64,000 bases of DNA, from positions 24,510-88,509 of the forward strand of contig DAHWSH010000002.1 of the NCBI GenBank assembly GCA_027338645.1, read 5' to 3'. The first letter of the stretch is position 1. Every line of letters starts with the position of its first letter. The DNA is from Pseudomonadota bacterium. Its GTDB lineage: Bacteria; Pseudomonadota; Gammaproteobacteria; JAKAQQ01. Positions 38,467 through 47,917 of the stretch are shown in pieces. The position numbers and the translations under genes are program-made. The notes under the pieces were generated by a model. That model did not search any database, was not told the origin of the DNA, and saw nothing but the letters and a program-made list of their open reading frames with translations.

Positions 38467-40792
38467 CGGCTTTTTCGCAGAGATCGTTGATGACCTTTTC
38501 CGTTAGTGTGCTATGTTCATCTCGAAAGATCAAGCCAAAAGCCAGGCTCCTGAAACCCTCCTGCAGAGGGGCCCCGATATAGACATCAAAAAGCCGTACT
38601 TCCGCGAGGTAGGGGCGGCCCGAAATCAGAAGCGCCTCCTCTACATCCCCCAGCGGGACCGCGGTTGGCAACTCGAAGGCCAAATCGCGCCGGACTGAAG
38701 GAAAGCGTGGCGGCGACTTATACTCTACTTTAAAAACTATTCCTAAGTCAATCAAATTAAAGGACCAAAGATAGGTCTTCCCCTTGATTTCCCAGCGCTT
38801 CTGGAGTTTCGGGTGCAGGGCACCCAGAAAGCCGATTCGGCGATCTCCCAGAAGGAGGCTGGCACATTCCGCAGGATCCAAAGCCACATGTTGAGACGGC
38901 TTGAAGCACGGTCGTCCAGGTACAGAAACCAGCAAGGACTCCAGATCCGACTTGACGTCAAAAAAATCGACTTCCCGATCCGTGCTTCCCCATTGAATCT
39001 CCGTCGCCGAACCGTTCCACAAGCCGGCAATTTCTTCGTGTTCACTCTTCCGCCCGTCTTGATCCCGAAACACGGACCCGATCTCAAAAATCCGGAGCCG
39101 TTTCTGTTCGCGGGCCTGGTTGTAGATCAGGGTTCGCACCAGGCAGGGCCAGAGACTGCGCCTGAGCGTAGCCTGATCACGAGCCAACGGATTGAGCAGT
39201 GGTACCGGCAACTCCTCTGCTGAGGAAAACGCCTGATCCCAGTCCGGATCAACGAGTGATAGGCTAATCGTCTCATGGTAGCCCCGCTCCACAAGCCGTC
39301 CGCGCCATTTCTCCGTAGACTCACGCGTTGGGTCTCCGGGCAAACACCGCAGGGCTCCGGAAAGCGGGCGCACCGGCAAGCGCGCATACCCATGCAGCCG
39401 GGCCACCTCCTCGACGAGATCTTCAGGGGCTTCGAGATCGTAGCGGTAGCGGGGAGGCGTGACATGGAAGCTCGAGCCCATCGGTTGAACGCGACACCCA
39501 GTGACCTCCAGGTATTTCCGTAGGGTCCGGCGCTGAAGACGGCAGCCGAGCAGTCTCTGGACCTGTGGGGGCTCGAAGCGGATGCTCCGCGGGCCGGGGC
39601 GATCTCCCGTGGCTTCAGACAGGGCTCGAAAGCGGATCGCCGGACCATAGATCGTGGTCAGTAACTCCACAGCACGCCCGAGGGCGAAAATTGGCAGATC
39701 CGGATCCACTCCCCGTTCGAAACGCAGTGCCGCTTCACTGCTGCCGTTGATCCGCCGGGTCCGTCCCACAATCGCCCCCGGGAAAAAATGGGCACTCTCC
39801 AGGAAAACGTGGCGGGTCTCGGCTCGTACCGCGGCATCACAGCCTCCCATTACCCCGGCCAGGCCCAAGGGTCGTTGCGAAGAGGCCACCACCAGAAAGC
39901 TTTCATCCAGCTCCAGTATCCGTTGGTTCAGGAGTTCAAGCCGTTCCCCCTCTCGACCCCAACGAACCCAAATTCCGCCCTCACCGATCGCGTCGGCATC
40001 GTAGGCATGGAGCGGTTGGCCGAGTTCCATCATCACGTATTGCGTGACATCGACTACGGGATGGATCGGGTCGATGCCCAGTCGGGCCAGCCGCACTCGC
40101 AGGGCCAGTGGCAGCTCGAGATGGGGATCAAGCAGCTCAAACTCGAGTCCGATAAAGCGGGAACAAGCAGAAGGCGCATCGATCCGGAGGGGCCGTCCCG
40201 GTGGCAGTTCGGGATCCCAAGTCGCCAAGGTACGGGTCAGCGCACGGCTCGACAGGGCGGAAATCTCACGGGCCAATCCAAGCGCACTCAAACAATCGCC
40301 GCGATTCGGTGTGACATTGAGTTCAAACAGTGCATCGGGCCACTCCAGTACCTGGTCAAGCCCGACTCCGGTGACGCCATCACCCGATAACTCCAGGATG
40401 CGGTCACTGCGGGTCCCGATTCCGAGCTCACGTTCCGAGCAGAGCATGCCAGAGGAAATCACATCCTCAAAGCGCCGTTCGGCAAGCGGGTCGCGTCCCG
40501 GCAGACGAGCCCCGGGCGCAGCCCAGGCAACCCGCCGGCCGGGCTCGAGGTTCGGCGCTCCGGAAACCACCGTTGCCAAGCGACCGCCCGCCTCTACCCG
40601 GCAGACCCGAAGCCGCCCTCCGGCCAACCCATCCACAGACTGGATTTGAGCCACGCAAACTCCGGAGAAAGGAGCAGACAGCGTTTGCACGGTCTCGACC
40701 TCAAGGCCTCCTTCCGTGAGTTGGTCCCGCAAGCGGTCATTCCGTATGGGGATCGGGAGCCAGTCCTCCAGCCAGCGACGGGTGATTTTCAT
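38423..40792 (-). CDS. pheT: phenylalanine--tRNA ligase beta subunit
   Basis: 789 aa with an N-terminal tRNA-binding domain, B3/4 and B5 domains, and the C-terminal FDX-ACB ([12 protein letters not shown]...). It overlaps the pheS stop by 4 nt. Confidence 0.95.
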   Translation of the reverse strand: MKITRRWLEDWLPIPIRNDRLRDQLTEGGLEVETVQTLSAPFSGVCVAQIQSVDGLAGGRLRVCRVEAGGRLATVVSGAPNLEPGRRVAWAAPGARLPGRDPLAERRFEDVISSGMLCSERELGIGTRSDRILELSGDGVTGVGLDQVLEWPDALFELNVTPNRGDCLSALGLAREISALSSRALTRTLATWDPELPPGRPLRIDAPSACSRFIGLEFELLDPHLELPLALRVRLARLGIDPIHPVVDVTQYVMMELGQPLHAYDADAIGEGGIWVRWGREGERLELLNQRILELDESFLVVASSQRPLGLAGVMGGCDAAVRAETRHVFLESAHFFPGAIVGRTRRINGSSEAALRFERGVDPDLPIFALGRAVELLTTIYGPAIRFRALSEATGDRPGPRSIRFEPPQVQRLLGCRLQRRTLRKYLEVTGCRVQPMGSSFHVTPPRYRYDLEAPEDLVEEVARLHGYARLPVRPLSGALRCLPGDPTRESTEKWRGRLVERGYHETISLSLVDPDWDQAFSSAEELPVPLLNPLARDQATLRRSLWPCLVRTLIYNQAREQKRLRIFEIGSVFRDQDGRKSEHEEIAGLWNGSATEIQWGSTDREVDFFDVKSDLESLLVSVPGRPCFKPSQHVALDPAECASLLLGDRRIGFLGALHPKLQKRWEIKGKTYLWSFNLIDLGIVFKVEYKSPPRFPSVRRDLAFELPTAVPLGDVEEALLISGRPYLAEVRLFDVYIGAPLQEGFRSLAFGLIFRDEHSTLTEKVINDLCEKAVVLIEGEFRGRLRR

Positions 40793-41823
40793 GATCCGGA
40801 AGCAGCCGGTCGTGGCGTCAGAAAACGCAGGTCATTGTCGTAAAACCACCGGATGTCGCCAATGCGGTACTTGAGCATCGCCAACCGTTCGATCCCCATT
40901 CCGAAGGCCAGTCCGGACCACTCCCCGGGATCCACCCCGGATTGCCGAAATACCTCAGGATGGACCAGTCCGCAGCCCAAAACTTCGATCCAACCCGATT
41001 GTTTGCAAACCCGGCATCCCTTCTGGGCGCAGAAAAAGCACTCCAAATCGACCTCTGCCGAAGGTTCGGTGAAGGGGAAATAAGAGGGACGAAACCGGAT
41101 TTTCAGGCCCTCCGTGAAAAAGGCATGGAGAAAGTCGGACAAAAGACCGGTCATCTCCGCCCATGAGATTTCCCGATCCACCACCAGCCCTTCGACCTGG
41201 TGAAACATGGGTGTATGCGTGAGGTCCGAATCCCGGCGGTAGACCCGGCCCGGAGCCATGATCCGAAGCGGAGGCCCCCAGCGCCTGAGGGCGCGGACTT
41301 GTACGGGCGACGTGTGGGTCCGGAGCAGGATCGAACCCGGATCGAGGTAGAAGGTATCGTGCGCAGCCCGGGCTGGATGATCCGGTCCCATATTGAGCGC
41401 CGTAAAGTTGTGGAAGTCGTCCTCGATTTCAGGGCCCGTCGCGATGGTGAAGCCAGAACCCTGGAAATGGTTCTCAATGAGGAGACGGGCTTGGGTCAGT
41501 GGATGCAAGGCTCCCGGCAAGACACCCCGACCGGGCAGGGTGACATCCACGCGCTTGCGGGCCAATTGTCTTTGGACGTCATCCGACTCCAGGGACTCCC
41601 GGCGCTTCCGGATCGCCTCCTCAATTGCATCCCGGGCCCGGTTCAACCCCTGCCCTGCAGCACTTCGCTCGGCCCCGGACAGGGTCGCCAGCTGACGGAA
41701 CGCCTCCGACAGGATTCCCTGGCGTCCCAGCCAGTGCACCCGCACACGGTCCAGTTCGGCCAGCGTGCCGGCGGAAGAGATGGCCGCCAAGGCTGAATCG
41801 AGAAACTCCGGTTCGAATGCCAC
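40789..41823 (-). CDS. pheS: phenylalanine--tRNA ligase alpha subunit
   Basis: Class II motifs (HPARAAHDTFY, GRVYRRDSDLTHTPMFHQVEG, GLAFGMGIERLAMLKY). I prefer the GTG at 41823 (VAFEPEFLDSAL...), which has GGAGG 7 nt upstream. The ORF-track start at 41919 would overlap rplT. Confidence 0.9.
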   Translation of the reverse strand: MAFEPEFLDSALAAISSAGTLAELDRVRVHWLGRQGILSEAFRQLATLSGAERSAAGQGLNRARDAIEEAIRKRRESLESDDVQRQLARKRVDVTLPGRGVLPGALHPLTQARLLIENHFQGSGFTIATGPEIEDDFHNFTALNMGPDHPARAAHDTFYLDPGSILLRTHTSPVQVRALRRWGPPLRIMAPGRVYRRDSDLTHTPMFHQVEGLVVDREISWAEMTGLLSDFLHAFFTEGLKIRFRPSYFPFTEPSAEVDLECFFCAQKGCRVCKQSGWIEVLGCGLVHPEVFRQSGVDPGEWSGLAFGMGIERLAMLKYRIGDIRWFYDNDLRFLTPRPAASGS

Positions 41824-41827
41824 AGTG

Positions 41828-41873
41828 AACCTCCGCAAGTGATTGCGGTAACAATACCCCTTGCTGGGAGGTT
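41828..41873 (-). promoter_or_regulatory. stem-loop in the rplT-pheS spacer that pairs with the pheS Shine-Dalgarno
   Basis: AACCTCC/GGAGGTT (41828-41834 with 41867-41873) and GCAAG/CTTGC (41835-41839 with 41860-41864) are complementary. On the mRNA strand the 3' arm carries GGAGG just upstream of the GTG at 41823. Confidence 0.4.
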
Positions 41874-42235
41874 CAGCCGGCAGCCAGGGCCGTCTTGGCT
41901 TGCTCCACCAGCGTGGCAAAGGCTGCCGGGTCGTTCACGGCGAGCTCCGCAAGGATTTTCCGGTCAATCCCGATATCGGCCTTGGTTAGACCCTTCACGA
42001 ACTGACTGTAGGACAGGCCATGCTCACGGCTGCCCGCGTTGATCCGGACAATCCACAGGGCCCGGAATTCGCGCTTTCTCCGCCGACGGTCGCGATAGGC
42101 GTACTGGCCGGCTTTGAGAACCGCCTGCCGGGCCACTTTGATGGTCCGGCTGCGTGCGCCATAGTAACCCTTGGCCTGTTTCAGGACCTTCTTGTGTCGG
42201 GAGCGGCTTGTCACTCCCCTTTTTACTCGTGCCAT
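41873..42235 (-). CDS. rplT: 50S ribosomal protein L20
   Basis: [30 protein letters not shown]... Confidence 0.95.
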   Translation of the reverse strand: MARVKRGVTSRSRHKKVLKQAKGYYGARSRTIKVARQAVLKAGQYAYRDRRRRKREFRALWIVRINAGSREHGLSYSQFVKGLTKADIGIDRKILAELAVNDPAAFATLVEQAKTALAAG

Positions 42236-42247
42236 GTCGAGTCTCCC

Positions 42248-42442
42248 TTACTGGTACGGCAGAAGCGGACGCAAGCGGTCACGATCAGCCGGTCCGACAA
42301 CCGCCGGACTGCGGAGCTGACGCTTCCGTTTGGGCGATTTGGTAGATAGGATATGGCGGCGATGAGACTGTTTCCGCTTGAAGCCATTGGCTTGAGCCCG
42401 GAAACGCTTGGCCGCACCTCGGTTGGTTTTGAGCTTGGGCAT
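42248..42442 (-). CDS. rpmI: 50S ribosomal protein L35
   Basis: [36 protein letters not shown]... Confidence 0.95.
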   Translation of the reverse strand: MPKLKTNRGAAKRFRAQANGFKRKQSHRRHILSTKSPKRKRQLRSPAVVGPADRDRLRPLLPYQ

Positions 42443-42498
42443 GACACGCTACTCCACATAGTGGCTTGGTTCCGCTCTCACGGCATTGACGACCAAGG

Positions 42499-42518
42499 GC
42501 ATTTCCCCGGGGAAATGC
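42499..42518. repeat. perfect 20-nt palindrome GCATTTCCCCGGGGAAATGC in the infC-rpmI spacer
   Basis: Read directly; the sequence is self-complementary over all 20 nt. TTTTCGGTTTT follows it on the plus strand, which is antisense to the operon. On the mRNA strand an A-rich run precedes it. Confidence 0.85.
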
Positions 42519-42527
42519 TTTTCGGTT

Positions 42528-43046
42528 TTACTTGCGACGGGGCACGAGCACCATCACAATCTGGCGTCCTTCAAGGCGCGGGGCCATCTCGACCACCGCA
42601 TTGGAATCCAAATCCGTCTGGATCCGGTTGAGAATCTGGGCACCCAGATCCTGGTGCAGCAACTCGCGTCCCCTAAAACGCAAGGTGACTTTGGCCTTAT
42701 CTCCGTCCGCCAGAAACCGCATGATGCTTTTCAGCTTGATCTGGTAGTCGTTTTCTTCCGTGGTCGGCCGGAACTTGACTTCCTTGATATGGATCTGCTT
42801 CTGCTTCTTGCGGTTGGCCTGAACCTTCTTGTTCAGCTCAAACTGGTATTTGCCGAAGTTCATCACCCGGCAAACTGGGGGATCGGCAGTCGGCGAAACC
42901 TCGACCAAATCCAGTCCCGCGTTTTCCGCCACTCTCATGGCCTCGCCCGTGGGCAAGACCCCAATTTGCTGACCATTATGGTCGATCACGCGCACTCGGG
43001 GCACCGTGATCTCGGCATTACGCCGAACTTTTTTCTCGCCGCTGAT
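42528..43046 (-). CDS. infC: translation initiation factor IF-3 (non-canonical ATC start)
   Basis: The frame is open back to 43049. The conserved N-terminal residues (ISGEKKVRRNAEITVPRVRVID, compare E. coli [26 protein letters not shown]) lie upstream of the GTG at 43004. The only start-like codon there is ATC at 43046, with GGAGG 8 nt upstream. Confidence 0.85.
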   Translation of the reverse strand: MSGEKKVRRNAEITVPRVRVIDHNGQQIGVLPTGEAMRVAENAGLDLVEVSPTADPPVCRVMNFGKYQFELNKKVQANRKKQKQIHIKEVKFRPTTEENDYQIKLKSIMRFLADGDKAKVTLRFRGRELLHQDLGAQILNRIQTDLDSNAVVEMAPRLEGRQIVMVLVPRRK

Positions 43047-43049
43047 GCC

Positions 43050-44978
43050 TCAGTCCTCCACTACATCTTGGCCACAGCGATTCCGTTCCCTAGTCAAGTC
43101 AGCCACAAAGCTTTCCAGAGATCTATCTCCCAAGTTACGGCCATTTTGGCGGCGTACGGCGAGACGGCCTGCAGCCGCCTCTTTCGGCCCGATCACGGCA
43201 AGGTACGGAACCCGCTGGATCGAACGTTCTCTAATTTTAAGGCCAATCTTCTCATTTCTCAAGTCCAGCACGACCCTGAAGCCGGCCTGCTCCAGAAGCA
43301 GCGCCGCCTGGCGGGCGTATTCGTCCTGTTGTCCTGTAATGGTCAAGAGGGCGACCTGGACCGGGGCCAGCCAAAGCGGCAGGACACCCGCATGGTGTTC
43401 CAGAAGAATTCCGATAAAGCGTTCCAGGGATCCCAGAATGGCCCGGTGCAACATGACGACCCGTTCCTTCTCACCCGCGGCATTGACAAAACTCGCCCCG
43501 AGCCGTTCGGGCAGCACATAATCCAGCTGCAGGGTTCCGCACTGCCACACCCGACCCAGGGTATCCTGGAGCGAAAATTCGATTTTCGGGCCATAAAAAG
43601 CGCCCTCTCCAGGCTGGATCGAGTAGGTCAAATTTTCGTGCGCTAAGGCTTGTGACAGAGCCTGTTCGGCACGATCCCAAAGCTCGTCGCTTCCCACCCG
43701 CTGCTCAGGACGCGTGGACAGATGGATCTGGATGTCCGAAAAGCCGAAATCCCGGTACACGTTGAAGAGCAGGCGAATGAAGGCGATGGCTTCTGGTTCG
43801 ACCTGGTCGGGGGTACAGAAAATATGGGCGTCATCCTGGACAAAAGAGCGCGCCCGGAGGAGTCCATGGAGGGTCCCTGAAGGTTCATTCCGATGGCAGA
43901 CCCCGAACTCCGCAAGGCGGAGTGGCAGTTCCCGGTAGCTCCGGATCCCCTGGTTGAAGATCTGGACATGGGCCGGACAGTTCATCGGCTTGATGGCATA
44001 CTCCCGATTGTCCACGGCGACGGCAAACATCTGCGTGCCGAATTTGTCGGCGTGACCCGAACGCTCCCAAAGGATTCGATCCAGCATGAGCGGCGTATGC
44101 ACCTCCCGGTACCCCGCGGCCGCGAGCTGCCCCCGGATATAGTCCTCAATGGTCCGGTACAGCGCCCATCCCGCCTCGTGCCAGAACACCATCCCAGGCG
44201 CTTCATCCTGGAAATGGAACAGGTCCATGAGCTTGGCCAGTCTCCGATGGTCCCTTTTTTCAGCCTCCGCGATCCGTTCGAGGTGCTGCGCCAGTGCATC
44301 CGGGCTGGCCCAAGCTGTCCCGTAAACCCGGGTCAGCATGACATTGCGGGAATCCCCCCGCCAATATGCACCCGCAACCTGCGTCAGCTTGAAATCACCG
44401 AGACGTCCGGTCGACGGAACATGAGGCCCCCGGCACAAATCCTGAAACTCGCCTTGGCGGTAGAGACTGATGACCTCGCCCGCAGGGATTTCTCGAATGA
44501 TCTCGGCCTTGTAGTTTTCTCCGCGCTCAGAGAAAAAACGGACAGCCTCATCCCTCGTCATGACCCGACGTTCAATGGGCAGGTCCTCGGAGACGATTTT
44601 CCGCATCTCCTCCTCAATCTGGGGCAGGTCTTCCGCCGAAAAAGGAGGTTCAACATGGAAATCGTAATAAAACCCATCTTCGATGACCGGGCCGATCGTA
44701 ACCTGCGCCTGGGGATAAAGCCGTTTGACCGCATGGGCCAAAAGGTGCGCGGTTGAATGTCTCAGGATTTCGAGCCCCAAGGGTTCATCCGCCATCACCG
44801 GTTCGAGGATGGCATCCACATCGAGCCTCAAGGACAGATCGACTGGCCGGCCATCGAGACGTCCCGCCACCACCTGGGACATGACCTTGGGATCGACGCA
44901 TCGTGCCAAGGCCTCTCGAACCGACAGGGGCACCACTTGATCCACCTCGCCATGAAGTGGAATCTTTATCTTGGGCAT
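43050..44978 (-). CDS. thrS: threonine--tRNA ligase
   Basis: MPKIKIPLHG... TGS domain, editing-domain HSTAHLL, and class II core motifs. ATG at 44978; the ORF-track TTG at 44984 is 2 codons upstream. Confidence 0.95.
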   Translation of the reverse strand: MPKIKIPLHGEVDQVVPLSVREALARCVDPKVMSQVVAGRLDGRPVDLSLRLDVDAILEPVMADEPLGLEILRHSTAHLLAHAVKRLYPQAQVTIGPVIEDGFYYDFHVEPPFSAEDLPQIEEEMRKIVSEDLPIERRVMTRDEAVRFFSERGENYKAEIIREIPAGEVISLYRQGEFQDLCRGPHVPSTGRLGDFKLTQVAGAYWRGDSRNVMLTRVYGTAWASPDALAQHLERIAEAEKRDHRRLAKLMDLFHFQDEAPGMVFWHEAGWALYRTIEDYIRGQLAAAGYREVHTPLMLDRILWERSGHADKFGTQMFAVAVDNREYAIKPMNCPAHVQIFNQGIRSYRELPLRLAEFGVCHRNEPSGTLHGLLRARSFVQDDAHIFCTPDQVEPEAIAFIRLLFNVYRDFGFSDIQIHLSTRPEQRVGSDELWDRAEQALSQALAHENLTYSIQPGEGAFYGPKIEFSLQDTLGRVWQCGTLQLDYVLPERLGASFVNAAGEKERVVMLHRAILGSLERFIGILLEHHAGVLPLWLAPVQVALLTITGQQDEYARQAALLLEQAGFRVVLDLRNEKIGLKIRERSIQRVPYLAVIGPKEAAAGRLAVRRQNGRNLGDRSLESFVADLTRERNRCGQDVVED

Positions 44979-45061
44979 CAGCAATCGTCCGGGTAAACGC
45001 CAGCCTCACACGGGAGGCGAGGCGACATTATACCGGGAAAGTCGATCCGGTCTGTCGATCG

Positions 45062-46051
45062 TCAGGCCAGAGCGCCGCCACAGGAACTGCCGGCCCCAGC
45101 CGTGCACCCAAAACAATGCGGCCCGCAGGCAATGGGCCCATGCGCCAAATCGTCAAAGGCCTCAATTTCCCAAAGGTTCCGCGGTCGCCCACCCAGCGGC
45201 AACTCGAGCATCTGGTTGAAATCGCAGTCATAAAGCTGTCCATCCCAGCCGACCGAAAGCAGGTTCCGGCACATCAGGCCGTGGACGGTTTCGGGATTGA
45301 AGGCTTGGACGAGAAGTGTCTGGTAGGCCTCGAATGTCCGATCCCTGAGCAGTTGATGGAGGAACCGGTTGATCGGCATGTTCGTAATCGTGAGAAGACG
45401 GTTGAATCGAATCCCATACCGCTCTCCCAGCTGTGTCTTGTAATCTTTTTCAAGCCGGTCCTGGGGGGGAGGCAGGAAAGGTCCCACCGGGTTGTAAACC
45501 AGGTGCAGCTCAAGGCCGCTTCCGGGGGCCGCATAACCCAGTTCGTTCAGTTTTTCAAGTGCCCGCAGGCTGGGCTCGAATACGCCTAGCCCACGCTGTT
45601 TCTCAACGTTTTCACGGCTGTAACAGGGCAGAGAAGCGATCACGGTCACCTGGTTTCGTGCAAGAAAGTGGGCCGTGTCTTCCTGCCCCGGTTCAAACAA
45701 AACCGTGAGATTCGAGCGGTCGATCACTTGTTTTCCTGTCCTTCGCGCCGCCACGACGAGACGGCGGAAGTGGGGATGGAGTTCGGGTGCGCCTCCGGTC
45801 AGATCAACGGTTGTGATACCCGAGGAGCGGTCAAGCAACTCCAGGACCCGGTCGACCGTGCGCTCCGCCATGATTTCGGTCCGTTTCGGCCCGGCTTCGA
45901 CATGACAGTGGTGACAGGCCTGGTTGCAGCGTTTCCCCAGGTTGACCTGAAGGATTTCCAAGGGCCTGCGGGTCAAGGACAGCCGGTGTCGGCCCAGGAT
46001 CTCCCCAAAGGTGGGCGCAGAATCGCTCGAAACGGGAACGGGATCAGACAT
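45062..46051 (-). CDS. radical SAM/Cys-rich protein of the ArsS (arsenosugar-type) family
   Basis: LQVNLGKRCNQACHHCHVEAGPKRTE (CxxxCxxC variant), DLTGGAPELHP, ITNMPINRF, WDGQLYDCDFNQML and the C-terminal CFGCTAGAGSSCGGA tail. ATG at 46051; the upstream 78 codons of the ORF look non-coding. Confidence 0.75.
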   Translation of the reverse strand: MSDPVPVSSDSAPTFGEILGRHRLSLTRRPLEILQVNLGKRCNQACHHCHVEAGPKRTEIMAERTVDRVLELLDRSSGITTVDLTGGAPELHPHFRRLVVAARRTGKQVIDRSNLTVLFEPGQEDTAHFLARNQVTVIASLPCYSRENVEKQRGLGVFEPSLRALEKLNELGYAAPGSGLELHLVYNPVGPFLPPPQDRLEKDYKTQLGERYGIRFNRLLTITNMPINRFLHQLLRDRTFEAYQTLLVQAFNPETVHGLMCRNLLSVGWDGQLYDCDFNQMLELPLGGRPRNLWEIEAFDDLAHGPIACGPHCFGCTAGAGSSCGGALA

Positions 46052-46164
46052 GGTGATAGTCTCGCATAAAAGCTGATCCCGTTCCGGGTAGCCAACACGG
46101 TCCCTCACGCTCGATGAGCGGGCTATACTCGTCATCGGCTCCGCCCGCTGTTCAAGGATACGGC

Positions 46165-47760
46165 ATGAAAAATCCGGCTCGCCACATGTTTTTTGTTGTC
46201 GCCCTGACCGGGATCTCGATGACGATATTCCCGGTCGGCATGTCATTCGCGCGACCCCTGGCCCCTCTCCCGGCACCCCTGGCACACCTCAATGCCTATG
46301 TCCGCAAGACCATGAACCTTTGGCACGTTCCGGGCCTTGCCCTCGCCGTCGTCCAAAACGGGAGGCTGGTCTATGTACGGGGATACGGGTACCGCATGCT
46401 CGATCCGGCCCAGCGCGTCAACCCGGAAACCCGCTTTACCCTGGGCTCGCTGACCAAGGCATTTACCGTGGCGGCACTGGGCGAGCTGGTCTCGTCAGGG
46501 AAACTCAGCTGGGATACACCGGTCCACCACGATCTCAGGGACTTTCGTTTGGGGAATGCGTACGTCACCCAGAGGATCACGCTCCGGGACCTGCTCACAC
46601 ATCGGAGCGGATACTGCGATCCCACGGCCATGTGGTACACCTCCTATGACACCGTGCGAAATGTCCTCCGGAGGCTCCGTTACCAAAAACCAACCTATGC
46701 TTTCCGGACCCACTTTTGCTACAACAATACCCTGTATCTCGCAGCGAGCCAGTTCATTCCGGCGATCACAGGCATCACCTGGAACCGTTTTGTCCGACTG
46801 CATCTTTTTCGCCCCTTGCACATGAACGGTACAGTCACCCGGCAAGAAGCCCTGGCTGGCAAAAAGAACGTGGCGATCCCCTACGCGGTGATCGATGGTC
46901 GAGTGGAACGGATTCCGCGCTATTGGACACACAACATGGATGTTTTTGCACCCGTCGGCGGCATCAACACCAGCGTGCTCGACATGAGTCATTGGCTCGA
47001 AATGCTCCTGGATCACGGTCGTTACCAGGGAAAACGCATCCTGGCTCCCTCCATCATCCATGCCATGGAAACCCCCTGGATGCTCATTCATGAAGACAAC
47101 CCCTCAGTCGGCCGCTGGTTACAGATCCAAACTCCCGGCGAGCCCTTCTATGCCTACGGTCTCGGTTTTTTCATCCAGGAGTACGACGGTCACCGGCTGA
47201 TCTGGCATCCGGGGAACATCGATGGGATGTCGACCGTTCTCGCCATCGTCCCGAGCCTACATCTGGGCGTTGTCGTGCTCTCAAACCTGGATCAGAACTT
47301 TGCCCCCGAAGGGGTTCTGTTTGACGTGCTTCAATCCTACCTTGGCCTGCCCCACCGTGACATCAGTCGCGCCTGGTACCGCTTCCTCAAGAAGCAGCGG
47401 GCAGAAGAAAAGTCCACTCGGAAAAAACTCGTGGGCCCGCGCGAACCTCGGGTCCGGCCGCTTGCCCCTCTCGCGCAGTATGTGGGTTTTTACCAAAGTC
47501 GGTTCGATGGAACGGCACAAGTGAACGAGCGGGACGGCATGCTCACCCTCAGACTCGGGAACCCGGCTTTTCGGGGCATCCTCGTGCCGTGGAATACCAA
47601 CACCTTTGAGGTCCGCTGGCGTGAGCGCTACGAAGGCAGGAGCTATGCCACCTTCACCCTAAGCCCCCGGGGACAACCCCAAACCCTGTCGTTTGTCGCA
47701 CAGCCACTTCATTTCCGGAAAAAGGCTCCCTTCACGCACCCGGCACACAATCGGCCCTGA
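46165..47760 (+). CDS. secreted serine hydrolase of the beta-lactamase/PBP (class C-like) family
   Basis: Signal peptide from the ATG at 46165 (AGGA upstream), the SxxK motif GSLTKAF, and a YxN-like YNN. It has a long C-terminal extension. Confidence 0.8.
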   Translation: MKNPARHMFFVVALTGISMTIFPVGMSFARPLAPLPAPLAHLNAYVRKTMNLWHVPGLALAVVQNGRLVYVRGYGYRMLDPAQRVNPETRFTLGSLTKAFTVAALGELVSSGKLSWDTPVHHDLRDFRLGNAYVTQRITLRDLLTHRSGYCDPTAMWYTSYDTVRNVLRRLRYQKPTYAFRTHFCYNNTLYLAASQFIPAITGITWNRFVRLHLFRPLHMNGTVTRQEALAGKKNVAIPYAVIDGRVERIPRYWTHNMDVFAPVGGINTSVLDMSHWLEMLLDHGRYQGKRILAPSIIHAMETPWMLIHEDNPSVGRWLQIQTPGEPFYAYGLGFFIQEYDGHRLIWHPGNIDGMSTVLAIVPSLHLGVVVLSNLDQNFAPEGVLFDVLQSYLGLPHRDISRAWYRFLKKQRAEEKSTRKKLVGPREPRVRPLAPLAQYVGFYQSRFDGTAQVNERDGMLTLRLGNPAFRGILVPWNTNTFEVRWRERYEGRSYATFTLSPRGQPQTLSFVAQPLHFRKKAPFTHPAHNRP

Positions 47761-47917
47761 ACCCCCTTAAAACCAAATACAATTCCTGAGGCTTGTTCCC
47801 GATGGACGGCAGCCCTGGAAGCCGGAAAACCCCTTTGCGGGGAATCCATGGCTACATACCGGGGCGCCCCTCATCAGCAGGATCAGTAGCTTTGGTGTTC
47901 TAAATTTTCACGGATCC

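Noticed and set aside
42486-43646. 386-aa plus-strand ORF spanning the antisense of infC and thrS. Similar long antisense ORFs occur at 48673-49974 (uvrB), 43893-44756 (thrS), 8098-8952 (rnr), 7267-7977 (rnr), 54766-55584 (rarA) and 60146-60880 (trxB).
   Set aside because: All of them are fully shadowed by strongly supported genes on the other strand. They have no SD/start context that I could see, and their amino-acid composition is typical of reverse-frame translation of GC-rich coding DNA.
44985-45032. thrS leader considered as a tRNA-Thr anticodon-arm mimic (5-bp stem GCCUC/GAGGC with a 7-nt loop CCGUGUG) downstream of a perfect TATAAT (45032-45027, minus strand)
   Set aside because: The positions equivalent to the anticodon read GUG, not NGU, and position 33 is C rather than U. 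No acceptable -35 lies at 16-19 nt from the TATAAT; the best match, TCGACA, is 20 nt away. The E. coli operator mechanism is not known to be general. This is too speculative to report as a feature.
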